Assembly: GCA_903828535.1 (NCBI GenBank)
Contig: CAIKMN010000022.1
Location: forward strand, 46,854 to 110,853
Origin: an uncultured Curvibacter sp.
Lineage (GTDB): Bacteria > Pseudomonadota > Gammaproteobacteria > Burkholderiales > Burkholderiaceae_C
DNA: 64,000 nt
Direction of reading: 5' to 3'
The notes under the pieces are model-generated. The model was not told where the DNA came from, made no database searches, and saw only the letters and a list, made by a program, of their open reading frames with translations. Of the stretch, positions 37,210-47,070 are shown in pieces. Position 1 is the stretch's first letter; each line of letters opens with the position of its first letter. Position numbers and translations under genes: made by a program.

Positions 37210-39721
37210 GCTGATTTGGTGCATTCGAAGCCCAAGTGGCGGCACCACATTGGGGTGAACTCACCAATTCGAGGCCTAAATTTTGGTATCGACTGACCAC
37301 CTTGGGCGCGGGATGGCCAAAACGGTTGCGGTAACCCGCCTGCACGAAGGACCAGCGCGGCGACACCGCCCGCAAAAAAGTTTGGTTGGATGAGGTGTTG
37401 CTGCCGTGATGCGGCACGAGCAAGAAATCGGCTTTCAAAGCGGCCTCGTCACGAATCAGCAAATCTTGCTCCTGGGGCATTTCGATGTCCCCCACCAACA
37501 AAGCGCGCCGAACTGAACCCACACCACTGGAGATCCGAAGGACACAACTGAGGGCATTGGTTTTGACCGGCTTGGCCGACGGATCTCTCGACGAAGCGAG
37601 GTCTTGCAGCAAAGGGTGAAGCACCTCAAAGTCCACCCCGTCCCAGCGCCAATGCTGGCCGGCCATGCAGGGCAACACCGAGCCGGTGCGCCTTGACTGC
37701 CCTTGATTCTCGCCTTGTTTTTCTCCTTGTTTGTCTAGGAGCAACGGGTGTTCGGGTTCCAAAGATGACCACAACGAGGCCTGGGGATAAGCCGCCAACA
37801 CGGAGGCGGCGCCCCCGGTGTGGTCGCTGTCGCGGTGGCTGAGCATGATGCGGTCGAGGGGCTCTTGGGTCCGCTTGAGCAGGGGCACGAGCACACGTTG
37901 ACCGGCGTCACTTTCGCTGGTGTTGCGAGGTCCTGAGTCGTACAAGAGGGTGTGCGTTTGGGTTCGCAAGATCACCGCATTGCCTTGACCGATGTCGGGC
38001 GCGAGCACTTCAAATTCACCCCATGGCGGGCGAGGCGCTTGCCACAAAACCATGGGAAGCACCCAAGGCAGGCCCAACAAGCGCAAACGCCAAGGCCCCG
38101 GAAAAACCAAAATCACAGCACCGCATAAACCCAGCACATCCAACCAAGCCGGTGCCGCCGCGACCGACCAACTGCTCACCGGCCCCGCCGCCAACCCATC
38201 CAACAGCCACAGCAAACCCTGCACCGCAAGCGCCGCCAAATTCCACAAGGGCGACCACAGCACACCCAAAAAAGCCAGCGGCGTCACGACAAAGGTCACC
38301 CAAGGAATGGCGATCAGATTGGCCAGCAAACCCAATACCGAGACCTGACCAAACAAAATCCAGGTCAACGGGGCCAAGGCCAAGGTCATCAGCCCCTGTT
38401 CGCGCAACAACAACGCCCCGTGGTGCTTCAACCAGGCCTTCCCTGAACCGGATTTGGCGCCTGACTTTGACCCCAATGAAGGTGCTGTGCTTTGGGGCGC
38501 ACCCGCCCCGCTGATGAACAAAACGCCCACCGCCAAAAAACTCAGCCAAAACCCCGCTTGCAGCAAAGCCCAAGGATCCCAAAGCACCACCACGGCGGCA
38601 CTGCTCAGCCAGATCAACCCACTCGGCCAGCGCTTGGCGCTGGTCTGCAAAGCCGTCACGACGCCGAGCATCAACACCGTTCGTTGCGCAGGGATGCCCC
38701 ATCCGCAAAATGCCGAGTAGGCCAACGCCACGGCCCAACCGCCCCACCGACCGGCAGTGACCGCGGGGCAATACAACATCAATCGTTCACTGCGACGCCA
38801 ACACCACGCGATGACCCGGCCGCCCAGCCACGCCAGCAAGGTGATGTGCAGCCCTGAAATGCTCATCAAATGGGCGACACCGGTCCGACGAAACAAGTCC
38901 CAATCTTTGCCGTCAATCGCTTGCTGATCGCCGGTGACCAAGGCCACCACCACGCCGGCGCTGCGGCGCTCAGGCAGCGCTTGCCAAATGGCAGACCGCA
39001 CGGACTGACGGGCGCTTTCAATGGGGTGCATCCACGCCGTTGCACCCCGATTCGGGGGTGGATTCAACAGCAAGGGGGGCATCACATTCGAGCCTGTTCG
39101 CACCGTGCCTGTGGCGCCGTAACCCTGCTCCCAAAGCCAAAGCTCACCGTCAAAACCGCCGGGGTTAAAGAGGCTGTGTGGCCGCTTCAGCCGCACGGTG
39201 AAGCGCCAATGGTCGCCCACCTGCAATTCAGGCACCGGCTTATCTGGGCTGTACCAACCCAACCACAACAGGGCGGGAATGGGGGGTTTGAGTCCTTGAT
39301 CTGGATCGCCTTTTGCGTCAGGGGCGAATTCGAAGCGCCAGCCATCCTGTCCCATTTGGGGCAGGCTCACCACCACCCCGCTGACCAACCAGTCCACCGA
39401 CTCGGCGGCCGTCGACAACACCTGGGCGGCCCGAACCGTCGCGCGCCAGCCGGTCCCCCCAAAGGCCATGGCAACGGCCACAAGCCCACTCAAAACCAAC
39501 CCGACCCCCCGCCCGAAAGGGCCCCTTCTAATCAGCCCAAGCAACAGAACAGCGCCAACCATCGCCACACCGAGCACCGTCAAATAAAGGGGCAACGGCC
39601 AAAGCGCCCTTTGCTGCAATTGCAAGGCAGTCCCCAGCAACAGTCCGAGACACCCAGGCCCAACGGAGGGCCAAGGCAGTCGCAGGCGGTCAAACGCCTT
39701 GAGGGCAAAAGGGGCGGTCAT
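37106..39721 (-). CDS. comEC: DNA internalization-related competence protein ComEC/Rec2
   Basis: It has a multi-TM competence domain (VAHLMSISGLHITLL) and a C-terminal metallo-beta-lactamase domain (MLSHRDSDHTGG, LVPHHGS). Confidence 0.9.
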   Translation of the reverse strand: MTAPFALKAFDRLRLPWPSVGPGCLGLLLGTALQLQQRALWPLPLYLTVLGVAMVGAVLLLGLIRRGPFGRGVGLVLSGLVAVAMAFGGTGWRATVRAAQVLSTAAESVDWLVSGVVVSLPQMGQDGWRFEFAPDAKGDPDQGLKPPIPALLWLGWYSPDKPVPELQVGDHWRFTVRLKRPHSLFNPGGFDGELWLWEQGYGATGTVRTGSNVMPPLLLNPPPNRGATAWMHPIESARQSVRSAIWQALPERRSAGVVVALVTGDQQAIDGKDWDLFRRTGVAHLMSISGLHITLLAWLGGRVIAWCWRRSERLMLYCPAVTAGRWGGWAVALAYSAFCGWGIPAQRTVLMLGVVTALQTSAKRWPSGLIWLSSAAVVVLWDPWALLQAGFWLSFLAVGVLFISGAGAPQSTAPSLGSKSGAKSGSGKAWLKHHGALLLREQGLMTLALAPLTWILFGQVSVLGLLANLIAIPWVTFVVTPLAFLGVLWSPLWNLAALAVQGLLWLLDGLAAGPVSSWSVAAAPAWLDVLGLCGAVILVFPGPWRLRLLGLPWVLPMVLWQAPRPPWGEFEVLAPDIGQGNAVILRTQTHTLLYDSGPRNTSESDAGQRVLVPLLKRTQEPLDRIMLSHRDSDHTGGAASVLAAYPQASLWSSLEPEHPLLLDKQGEKQGENQGQSRRTGSVLPCMAGQHWRWDGVDFEVLHPLLQDLASSRDPSAKPVKTNALSCVLRISSGVGSVRRALLVGDIEMPQEQDLLIRDEAALKADFLLVPHHGSNTSSNQTFLRAVSPRWSFVQAGYRNRFGHPAPKVVSRYQNLGLELVSSPQCGAATWASNAPNQLICEREVNRHYWNDRNDPKDPNDLPDPAEADGDP

Positions 39722-39927
39722 GCTTCAGCATGCCGCAGTGCTTTGATTTCAGTGGGCCCTGGGCAAGCCATTGAACCTGCACCGAGCTCCCTTGGTCAGC
39801 CCACAATCCAAATGCTGTCGTTCCCGAGTTTTTAAGTTGCTTTTCTTGACTTCTCGCGACTTTGCAGGGCTTGTCACAGACATTTGGCGCATCTCTTGCT
39901 AGGATAAAGAATCAAGAAGGTTCACCC

Positions 39928-42900
39928 ATGTCCATTCACGCTGCGCTTAACCACATCACCCACTACCGATACGACCGCCCTATCGAGTTGGGCCCACAAG
40001 TGGTTCGTTTGCGCCCTGCACCGCATTGCCGCAGCAAGGTGATTTCTTATTCGCTGAAGATGGAGCCTTCAGATCACTTCATCAACTGGCAACAAGACCC
40101 TTTTTCTAATTACCAAGCGCGTTTGGTTTTCTTGAAGCCGACCACCGAGTTCAAAGTCACGGTGGACTTGGTCGTGGAAATGGCGGTTTACAACCCCTTC
40201 GACTTTTTCTTGGAGCCCGAGGCCGAGAACTTCCCGTTCGCCTACAACGACGAAGTCAAACAAGAACTCGCCCCTTACCTCGCAAAAGCCCCACTCACGC
40301 CCTTGTTGGCCAAGTACTTGGCCCAAATTGACCGCACCGAGCGGCGCACGATTGATTTTTTGGTGGACATCAACCAAAAGCTCCAGCAAGACATTGACTA
40401 CACCATCCGCATGGAACCGGGCGTGCAAACGCCCGAGGAAACCTTGAGCAAAGGATCGGGCTCTTGCCGAGACACGGGTTGGTTGTTGGTTCAACTGCTG
40501 CGTCACTCGGGCTTGGCGGCACGCTTTGTGTCGGGCTACTTGATTCAACTCAAGCCCGACGTCAAATCCCTCGACGGTCCCAGCGGCACCGAGGTTGACT
40601 TTACCGACCTGCACGCCTGGTGCGAAGTGTATTTGCCGGGGGCGGGCTGGATTGGCCTCGACCCCACCTCCGGCTTGATGGCCGGAGAAGGTCACATTCC
40701 GCTCGCTTGCACCCCCCAACCCTCAGGTGCTGCGCCGGTGGAGGGCCTGATCGACGAATGCGAGGTGACCTTCGAGCACCACATGGCCGTGACCCGCCTT
40801 TACGAGTCGCCTCGCGTCACTTTGCCTTACACAGAGGCGCAATGGGCCGCCATACAAGCATTGGGCGAAGCCGTCGACCAAGAATTGGTTGAAGGCGATG
40901 TGCGCCTGACCATGGGCGGCGAACCCACTTTTGTGTCCACCATGGACCGCGAAGGCGCAGAGTGGAACACCGCTGCGCTGGGCCCGACCAAACGTGGCTA
41001 CGCGGGAGAATTGGTGCACAAACTGCGTGAGCACTATGGCCAAGGCGGTTTCTTGCATTTTGGTCAAGGCAAGTGGTACCCCGGCGAGCAACTGCCGCGT
41101 TGGGCCTTGTCGATTTGCTGGCGCGCCGATGGCCAACCGATCTGGCAAAACCCGGCGCTCTTTGCCGACGAGCGCGACCCCCAGCAATACACCGCCGAGG
41201 ACGCCCAACGTTTCATCCAACATTTGGCGACCCGACTGGGCTTGAGCACGCGCTACATCCAACCGGGCTATGAAGATGTTTTTTATTACCTTTGGCGCGA
41301 ACGCCGCTTGCCGGTCAACGTCGACCCGTTTGACGCCAAGTTGGACGACGAACTCGAGCGCGCCCGTTTGCGCCGCGTTTTCGAACAAGGCCTCGACAAG
41401 GTCGTCGGTTATTTGATCCCGATTGAAGCTTTGCCTGGCGCCAACGCCCTGAGCGGCCCCCACTGGCGCACCGGCCCTTGGTTCATGCGCGATGAGCGTT
41501 TGTATTTGATGCCCGGCGATTCGCCCATGGGCTATCGCCTGCCACTCGATTCCTTGCCCTGGGTGACGTCTGCTGACTATCCCTATGCCCAAGAACGGGA
41601 CCCGATGGAGCCCCGTGGCCCGTTGCCCAGCGCCGATGACTTCCAGAGAATGGCGCGCATTTCCCGCGAAGCAGAGGCGCCGCGCGTGACGCAAAGCCGA
41701 AGCAGCGCCAACTCGGGGGTCTCTGAGGTCGCAGGCGACAGGGCCAGCAACAGACAGACGAGCGCTGCACTTGACAAGCCCCCGGCACGTTTTGAGTCGG
41801 CCCATTGGATCACCCGCACCGCGCTGTGCGTGGAGGCCCGTGACCCGGCCCGTGCCAATGGCCCCACTTTGACCGACAGCACGGCCTCCAAAGCCTTGTA
41901 TGTTTTCATGCCGCCTTTGCAACATTTAGAGGACTACTTGGCTTTGCTGGCCGCCGTCGAAGCCACGGCCGAAGCGTTGCAAGTTCAAATCGTGCTGGAA
42001 GGCTACCCACCCCCACGAGACCCTCGCCTAAAGCTCCTTCAAGTCACCCCCGACCCCGGCGTCATCGAAGTCAACATCCACCCCGCCCACAACTGGGGCG
42101 AGTTGGTAGAACACACCGAGTTCCTTTACCAAGCGGCCTTTGAGACCCGATTGACTGCTGAAAAGTTCATGACCGATGGCCGTCACACCGGCACCGGTGG
42201 TGGCAACCACTTTGTGCTGGGTGGCGCCACACCGGCCGACAGCCCCTTCCTGCGCCGACCCGAGTTGTTGGCCTCGCTGATTTTGTATTGGCACAACCAC
42301 CCGTCTTTGAGCTACCTGTTTTCGGGCATGTTCATTGGACCTACCTCGCAAGCCCCGCGGGTGGATGAGGCCCGCAACGACCAGTTGTACGAACTGGAAA
42401 TTGCCCTCGAGCAAATTCACAAAAATCGTGCCATTTATGGCGACAGTTTGCCGCCCTGGTTGGTCGACCGCACACTGCGGAACATCTTGATTGACGTCAC
42501 CGGCAACACCCACCGCAGTGAGTTCTGCATCGACAAGCTCTATTCGCCAGACTCGAGCACCGGTCGCTTGGGCTTGTTGGAACTTCGGGCCTTCGAGATG
42601 CCACCCCATGCCCGCATGAGCATTGCCCAGCAATTGCTCTTGCGCGCCTTGGTCGCGCGTTTCTGGCAAACACCTTACCAAGCGCCGGTAGCGCGTTGGG
42701 GCACCACATTGCACGACCGTTTCTTGCTGCCGAGTTTTGTGAAAATGGACTTTGAAGACGTCATGGAAGACCTTCGCCAAGCGGGTTACGCCTTTGACTC
42801 CTCTTGGTTTGCACCGCACTTTGAATTCCGTTTCCCCCTCGTGGGCAGCCTCAAAATCCTGGGCATGGAACTGACGCTTCGAAACGCTTTGGAGCCTTGG

Positions 42901-43380
42901 CATGTGATGGGCGAAGAGGGCAGCGCCGGCGGCACGGTGCGCTATGTGGACTCGTCCTTGGAGCGCATCGAAGTGCGCGTCAATGGCTTCAATGACCAGC
43001 GTTATGTCATCACCGTCAACGGGCAACCGTTGCCGCTGCAACCCACTGGCGTGCAACAAGAGTATGTGGCGGGTGTCCGCTACAAAGCCTGGAACCCGCC
43101 TTCAGCGCTGCACCCTTCCATTGGCGTGCACGCCCCCTTGGTGATCGACGTTTTCGACACCTGGTCCCAGCGCGCTGTCGGCGGTTGTCAATACCATGTG
43201 GCCCACCCCGGCGGGCGAAACTACGTAACCTACCCTGTCAACGCTTACGAGGCGGAAAGCCGTCGCTTGGCCCGCTTCTTTGAAATGGGCCACACCCCGG
43301 GCGCCGTTCAATGGCCGACCTCCGCGGTGGGACAACCGGGTTCGAAGGAATTTCCGTTCACCTTGGATTTGCGGCGCTGA
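39928..43380 (+). CDS. large transglutaminase-like / DUF2126 family protein
   Basis: The N-terminus (HITHYRYDRPI) is followed by a transglutaminase core with Cys/His/Asp (GSGSCRDTGW, DLHAWCEVY, GLDPTSG) and then ~800 aa I cannot assign. ATG 39928 has an AAGAAGG SD. Confidence 0.87.
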   Translation: MSIHAALNHITHYRYDRPIELGPQVVRLRPAPHCRSKVISYSLKMEPSDHFINWQQDPFSNYQARLVFLKPTTEFKVTVDLVVEMAVYNPFDFFLEPEAENFPFAYNDEVKQELAPYLAKAPLTPLLAKYLAQIDRTERRTIDFLVDINQKLQQDIDYTIRMEPGVQTPEETLSKGSGSCRDTGWLLVQLLRHSGLAARFVSGYLIQLKPDVKSLDGPSGTEVDFTDLHAWCEVYLPGAGWIGLDPTSGLMAGEGHIPLACTPQPSGAAPVEGLIDECEVTFEHHMAVTRLYESPRVTLPYTEAQWAAIQALGEAVDQELVEGDVRLTMGGEPTFVSTMDREGAEWNTAALGPTKRGYAGELVHKLREHYGQGGFLHFGQGKWYPGEQLPRWALSICWRADGQPIWQNPALFADERDPQQYTAEDAQRFIQHLATRLGLSTRYIQPGYEDVFYYLWRERRLPVNVDPFDAKLDDELERARLRRVFEQGLDKVVGYLIPIEALPGANALSGPHWRTGPWFMRDERLYLMPGDSPMGYRLPLDSLPWVTSADYPYAQERDPMEPRGPLPSADDFQRMARISREAEAPRVTQSRSSANSGVSEVAGDRASNRQTSAALDKPPARFESAHWITRTALCVEARDPARANGPTLTDSTASKALYVFMPPLQHLEDYLALLAAVEATAEALQVQIVLEGYPPPRDPRLKLLQVTPDPGVIEVNIHPAHNWGELVEHTEFLYQAAFETRLTAEKFMTDGRHTGTGGGNHFVLGGATPADSPFLRRPELLASLILYWHNHPSLSYLFSGMFIGPTSQAPRVDEARNDQLYELEIALEQIHKNRAIYGDSLPPWLVDRTLRNILIDVTGNTHRSEFCIDKLYSPDSSTGRLGLLELRAFEMPPHARMSIAQQLLLRALVARFWQTPYQAPVARWGTTLHDRFLLPSFVKMDFEDVMEDLRQAGYAFDSSWFAPHFEFRFPLVGSLKILGMELTLRNALEPWHVMGEEGSAGGTVRYVDSSLERIEVRVNGFNDQRYVITVNGQPLPLQPTGVQQEYVAGVRYKAWNPPSALHPSIGVHAPLVIDVFDTWSQRAVGGCQYHVAHPGGRNYVTYPVNAYEAESRRLARFFEMGHTPGAVQWPTSAVGQPGSKEFPFTLDLRR

Positions 43381-43456
43381 GTGTTGGACAGGGGCTGTTC
43401 CCCCTTGCAGCCACTTCAGCAACTTCAGCAACACCTGAACCTGTCAGAATCTGAGC

Positions 43457-46096
43457 ATGGATAAAATCGGCCACAGCCACCCCTTGCTCAGCAGTTTGCC
43501 TTGGCTCAAATCGGCAGCCAATGGCGAATTTGATGAGCTGCTGGGCCGCACCGTTGACGCCAAAACAGCAGCCCGCTCAACGGCGGATGGACTGCAGCTT
43601 TCAGACCTGAGCTTGATTTGGCAGGCTTTCTTTGAGGCCGCCGCCACCGGCGACTTGGCGACACCGGCGGATTTCGATCAACGCCTGGCTCAAATCAAGC
43701 AACAAATTCAAGATAACGGCGTGACCTACAACGTCTACGCCGAAAGCAGTGGGCCGCAACGCGCTTGGGCGGTCGATTTGTTTCCACTCATCATCAGCCC
43801 CGACACCTGGGCCCACATTGAAACCGGCGTCATCCAGCGTGTTCGTGTGCTCGAGCGCCTGATGGCCGATGTGTATGGCCCTCAAACCTTGCTGCGTGAA
43901 GGCTTGATCCCGGCCGCCTTGGTGCAAGGCAACCCTGGCTATTTGCGCGAGATGCACGGCGTCCAACCAGCGGGCGGACATTTTCTGCACTTGGTGGCAT
44001 TCGACATGGCGCGTGGCCCCGATGGTCTGTGGTGGGTCGTCGGTCAGCGAACACAAGCGCCCTCTGGTTTGGGTTATTTGCTGGAAAACCGTCTGGCGGT
44101 GTCACGCCAATTTCCATCGGCCTTTGAGTCCCTCAAGGTGCAGCGCTTGGCCAGCACGTACCGCGCTCTGATCGAAGGCCTTAAAGCCCACAGCCCCGCC
44201 GGTGAAGATGCCCACATTGCGTTGCTCACGCCGGGCCCTTATAGCGAGACCTATTTCGAGCACGCTTATCTGGCCCGCTACTTGGGGCTGACCTTGGTCG
44301 AAGGCAACGACTTGACGGTGCGAGACCAGCACTTGTTTTTGAAGACAGTCGAAGGTTTGATGCCAGTTCATGGCTTACTCAAACGTTTGGATGACGAGTA
44401 TTTAGACCCACTCGAACTAAGGCCCGACTCCAGCCTGGGGGTTCCAGGGCTGTTACAAGCCATTCGCGCAGGCCATGTGTTGGTGGCCAACATGCCGGGC
44501 TCGGCCTTTTTGGAGTCGCCTGCTTTGCTGGGTTTTCTGCCCGCTTTGGCCGAGCATTTAATTGGCGAAGAACTGCAATTGCCGGCCGTGCCCACTTGGT
44601 GGTGCGGCGAACCCGCGGTGCTGAAAGAAGCGCTGGCTGCGTTGCCCGAGTCGGTGATTAAACCCACTTTCCCGTTCAGCTACCACCCCATGAGCACCCG
44701 TTATTCGTTTACTTCTGTGGCGGGTCAAGGCCTGAGCGAAGCCGAGCGAAGCGAATGGGCAGAGCGCATCCGGCGTCAACCCGACGAACACACCATTCAA
44801 AGTGCCATGCCTTGGTCGGCGTTGCCGATTTGGAAAACCGACCCCAGCGCCCCCCCCACCCAACGAGGTCACCTTGAACACCACCCCACGGTGTTGCGCG
44901 TGTTTGCGGTTCGAACTTCTGATGACCAGTGGCGCGTGTTGCCAGGCGGCATGGCGCGGATTGTGGGCGACAACGCCGAAATGGCCTCCATGCAACGGGG
45001 TGGCGGCAGTGCCGATGTGTGGGTTCAAACCCACGGCGTGGTCGACAAAACCACCTTGCTCACCGCTGCGAAAACACCCACCGCGGTGTTGGCCAGCAAA
45101 CGGGTGGTGACCAGCCGCTCGGCTGAAAATTTATTTTGGTTGGGCCGTTACACCGAGCGCAGCGAGAACACCGCCCGCTTGGCCAAACTCGTCTTAATCA
45201 GTCTGAACAGCGGCGCCAGCCGTTCAGAGCCTCTGATGCAATGGCTAAACGACTTGTCCGTTCAGGCCGGACTGGTGTTACCCAGCGTGCCCTCCGCTGC
45301 TTTGTCTAAGCGGGTCTTTGAGCGCTCCTTGATCAACGGGCTCAGCGCTCAACGCAACCGCGACACCCAAAGTGTGGGATTCAATTTGCGCGCCTTAAGG
45401 TCGGCCGCCGACTCGGTGCGGGAGCGTTTGTCACCAGAAACTTGGTCTTTGATTTTGCACACCGAGTCTTCTTTCGAGCAGACCTTGAAAAGTCCACAAA
45501 ACGAAGGCATGAATCCCAACCAAGCCATTCAAGCCTTGGCTGCGGTCAGCATGAACATGGCCGCCATCACCGGGGCTCAAACCGACCGCATGACCCGCGA
45601 CAATGGCTGGCGCTTGATGGCCATTGGCCGTCAACTTGAGCGCATGTGGTTTTTATCGAGTGCCTTGCAAAAGGCCCAAGCCACAGGGCTTTGGGACCAA
45701 GTCGCTGGTTTTGAAGCCCTCTTGGCCCTGTTTGACAGCACCATCACCTTCCGTGCCCAATTCCAACAAAGTCGTGAATTGCTGCCACTGCTGTCCTTGT
45801 TGGTGATGGCCCCAGACAACCCGCGCGCCTTGGCCTGTGTGTGCGACGCCTTGCGACGCCGCGTCAAAGGTTTGACGGGCAGCCAAGCCAACGGGCAATT
45901 GAACACCGTGTCGCTGACGCTGCCCGACCCCAGCAGCTGGACCTTAGAAGGGTTGGTCAGCGCGCCTTCTGACGAAGTGCCCAATTTGGTTCAGGTGCTC
46001 AAAGAATGCCAGGACGCCGCCCTGAACCTCTCTGACAGCAGCAGCGCTTTGTATTTCACCCACTCCCTGAATACCAACAAAATTCTCGGCGCCTGA
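43457..46096 (+). CDS. circularly permuted ATP-grasp :: alpha-E fusion protein
   Basis: The N-terminal half aligns with 34067-35548 (YLLENR, TPGPYSETYFEHAYLARYLG). The C-terminal half has the alpha-E hallmark NLFWLGRYTERSENTARL. Confidence 0.87.
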   Translation: MDKIGHSHPLLSSLPWLKSAANGEFDELLGRTVDAKTAARSTADGLQLSDLSLIWQAFFEAAATGDLATPADFDQRLAQIKQQIQDNGVTYNVYAESSGPQRAWAVDLFPLIISPDTWAHIETGVIQRVRVLERLMADVYGPQTLLREGLIPAALVQGNPGYLREMHGVQPAGGHFLHLVAFDMARGPDGLWWVVGQRTQAPSGLGYLLENRLAVSRQFPSAFESLKVQRLASTYRALIEGLKAHSPAGEDAHIALLTPGPYSETYFEHAYLARYLGLTLVEGNDLTVRDQHLFLKTVEGLMPVHGLLKRLDDEYLDPLELRPDSSLGVPGLLQAIRAGHVLVANMPGSAFLESPALLGFLPALAEHLIGEELQLPAVPTWWCGEPAVLKEALAALPESVIKPTFPFSYHPMSTRYSFTSVAGQGLSEAERSEWAERIRRQPDEHTIQSAMPWSALPIWKTDPSAPPTQRGHLEHHPTVLRVFAVRTSDDQWRVLPGGMARIVGDNAEMASMQRGGGSADVWVQTHGVVDKTTLLTAAKTPTAVLASKRVVTSRSAENLFWLGRYTERSENTARLAKLVLISLNSGASRSEPLMQWLNDLSVQAGLVLPSVPSAALSKRVFERSLINGLSAQRNRDTQSVGFNLRALRSAADSVRERLSPETWSLILHTESSFEQTLKSPQNEGMNPNQAIQALAAVSMNMAAITGAQTDRMTRDNGWRLMAIGRQLERMWFLSSALQKAQATGLWDQVAGFEALLALFDSTITFRAQFQQSRELLPLLSLLVMAPDNPRALACVCDALRRRVKGLTGSQANGQLNTVSLTLPDPSSWTLEGLVSAPSDEVPNLVQVLKECQDAALNLSDSSSALYFTHSLNTNKILGA

Positions 46097-46110
46097 TTCA
46101 GGAAACGACC

Positions 46111-46995
46111 ATGTATTTGGGCATCACCCACGAAACGCGCTACCACTATCAACCTGCCGTTGGCACCGCGATGCACATCGCGCACATGAAGCCGCGCGAG
46201 ACGCAACACCAGCGACTGCTCAGTCACCAACTGAATATCCTCCCCGAAACCGAGCACAAACAAGAGGTGTTGGATGTTTTTGGCAACACCTCGCAGTATT
46301 TTTCACTGCAAACGGTGCACACCGAATTGGTGGTCACCGCGCGCAGCGTCGTTGAAACCATCAACGGCCCGACCCTCGCGCTGGCAGAAAGCCAAGCCTG
46401 GGAATCGGTACGAGCGCATTTTCGCTACCGGGCTGGCGTGGCGTTTGACCCGGCCAATGAGTTTGTTTTTCCCTCACCCTATGTCCCTTGGGCACCTGAA
46501 TTTGCCGCCTTTGCCCAAACGGAATTCAAAGCAGAGAAGCCCCTGTTTTTAGCGGTGCAGGGCTTGATGCAAAAAATTCACGGTGAATTTAAATACGACC
46601 CCAAGAGCACCGAAGTCAGCACACCCGCCCTCGAGGCCTTGCGCCAGCGCAAAGGCGTCTGCCAAGACTTTGCCCACATCATGATTGCTTGCTGCCGGAA
46701 CCTGGGACTGCCTGCTCGCTACGTCAGCGGTTATTTGCTGACCGAGCCACCGCCCGGCCAACCCCGTCTGATTGGCAACGACGCCACCCACGCTTGGGTC
46801 TCGGTCTACGACCCTCAACAAGGCGTTTGGCTGGACTTTGACCCGACCAACAACCGACTGCTCGGCGAGGACTACGTGACCGTTGCGTGGGGCCGAGATT
46901 TCGGCGACGTCTCGCCCATGCGGGGCGTCATCCACGGCGGGGCCAACCACACCTTGGAAGTCGCGGTGACGGTCGAGCCACTGAAGATTGAGTGA
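46111..46995 (+). CDS. transglutaminase-like cysteine peptidase family protein
   Basis: It has a Bact_transglu_N-type N-terminus (ITHETRYHY) and a core with Cys/His/Asp (KGVCQDFAH, THAWVSVY, DFDPTN). It lies 14 bp after the previous gene. Confidence 0.9.
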   Translation: MYLGITHETRYHYQPAVGTAMHIAHMKPRETQHQRLLSHQLNILPETEHKQEVLDVFGNTSQYFSLQTVHTELVVTARSVVETINGPTLALAESQAWESVRAHFRYRAGVAFDPANEFVFPSPYVPWAPEFAAFAQTEFKAEKPLFLAVQGLMQKIHGEFKYDPKSTEVSTPALEALRQRKGVCQDFAHIMIACCRNLGLPARYVSGYLLTEPPPGQPRLIGNDATHAWVSVYDPQQGVWLDFDPTNNRLLGEDYVTVAWGRDFGDVSPMRGVIHGGANHTLEVAVTVEPLKIE

Positions 46996-47070
46996 GGCCG
47001 AGCTCCGTAAAATGGGGCCCTTGTTTGAAATCACTCGACCTCTTTTTTCCTACTGACTCAAAGTCCCGCC

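Noticed and set aside
38016-38771. Alternative-frame ORFs on both strands lie inside comEC (251 aa on the minus strand, 163 aa on the plus strand).
   Set aside because: They are Arg/Gly/Pro-rich alternative-frame products within the membrane-domain coding region of comEC, with no motif support.
37106-39721. ComEC could be part of a mobile element or competence island.
   Set aside because: There is no integrase, transposase, tRNA target, direct repeats or other com genes nearby. comEC is commonly a stand-alone chromosomal gene.
39862-39927. An upstream start (ATG 39862) is possible for the DUF2126 gene.
   Set aside because: The family-typical N-terminus (MSIHAALNHITHYRYDRP) begins at ATG 39928, which has an AAGAAGG Shine-Dalgarno sequence. 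The extension has no such support.
40723-41925. A 400-aa minus-strand ORF lies inside the DUF2126 gene. A similar 343-aa ORF lies at 42028-43059.
   Set aside because: Both are antisense shadow ORFs within a gene whose plus-strand product has clear family motifs. Neither has an independent signal.
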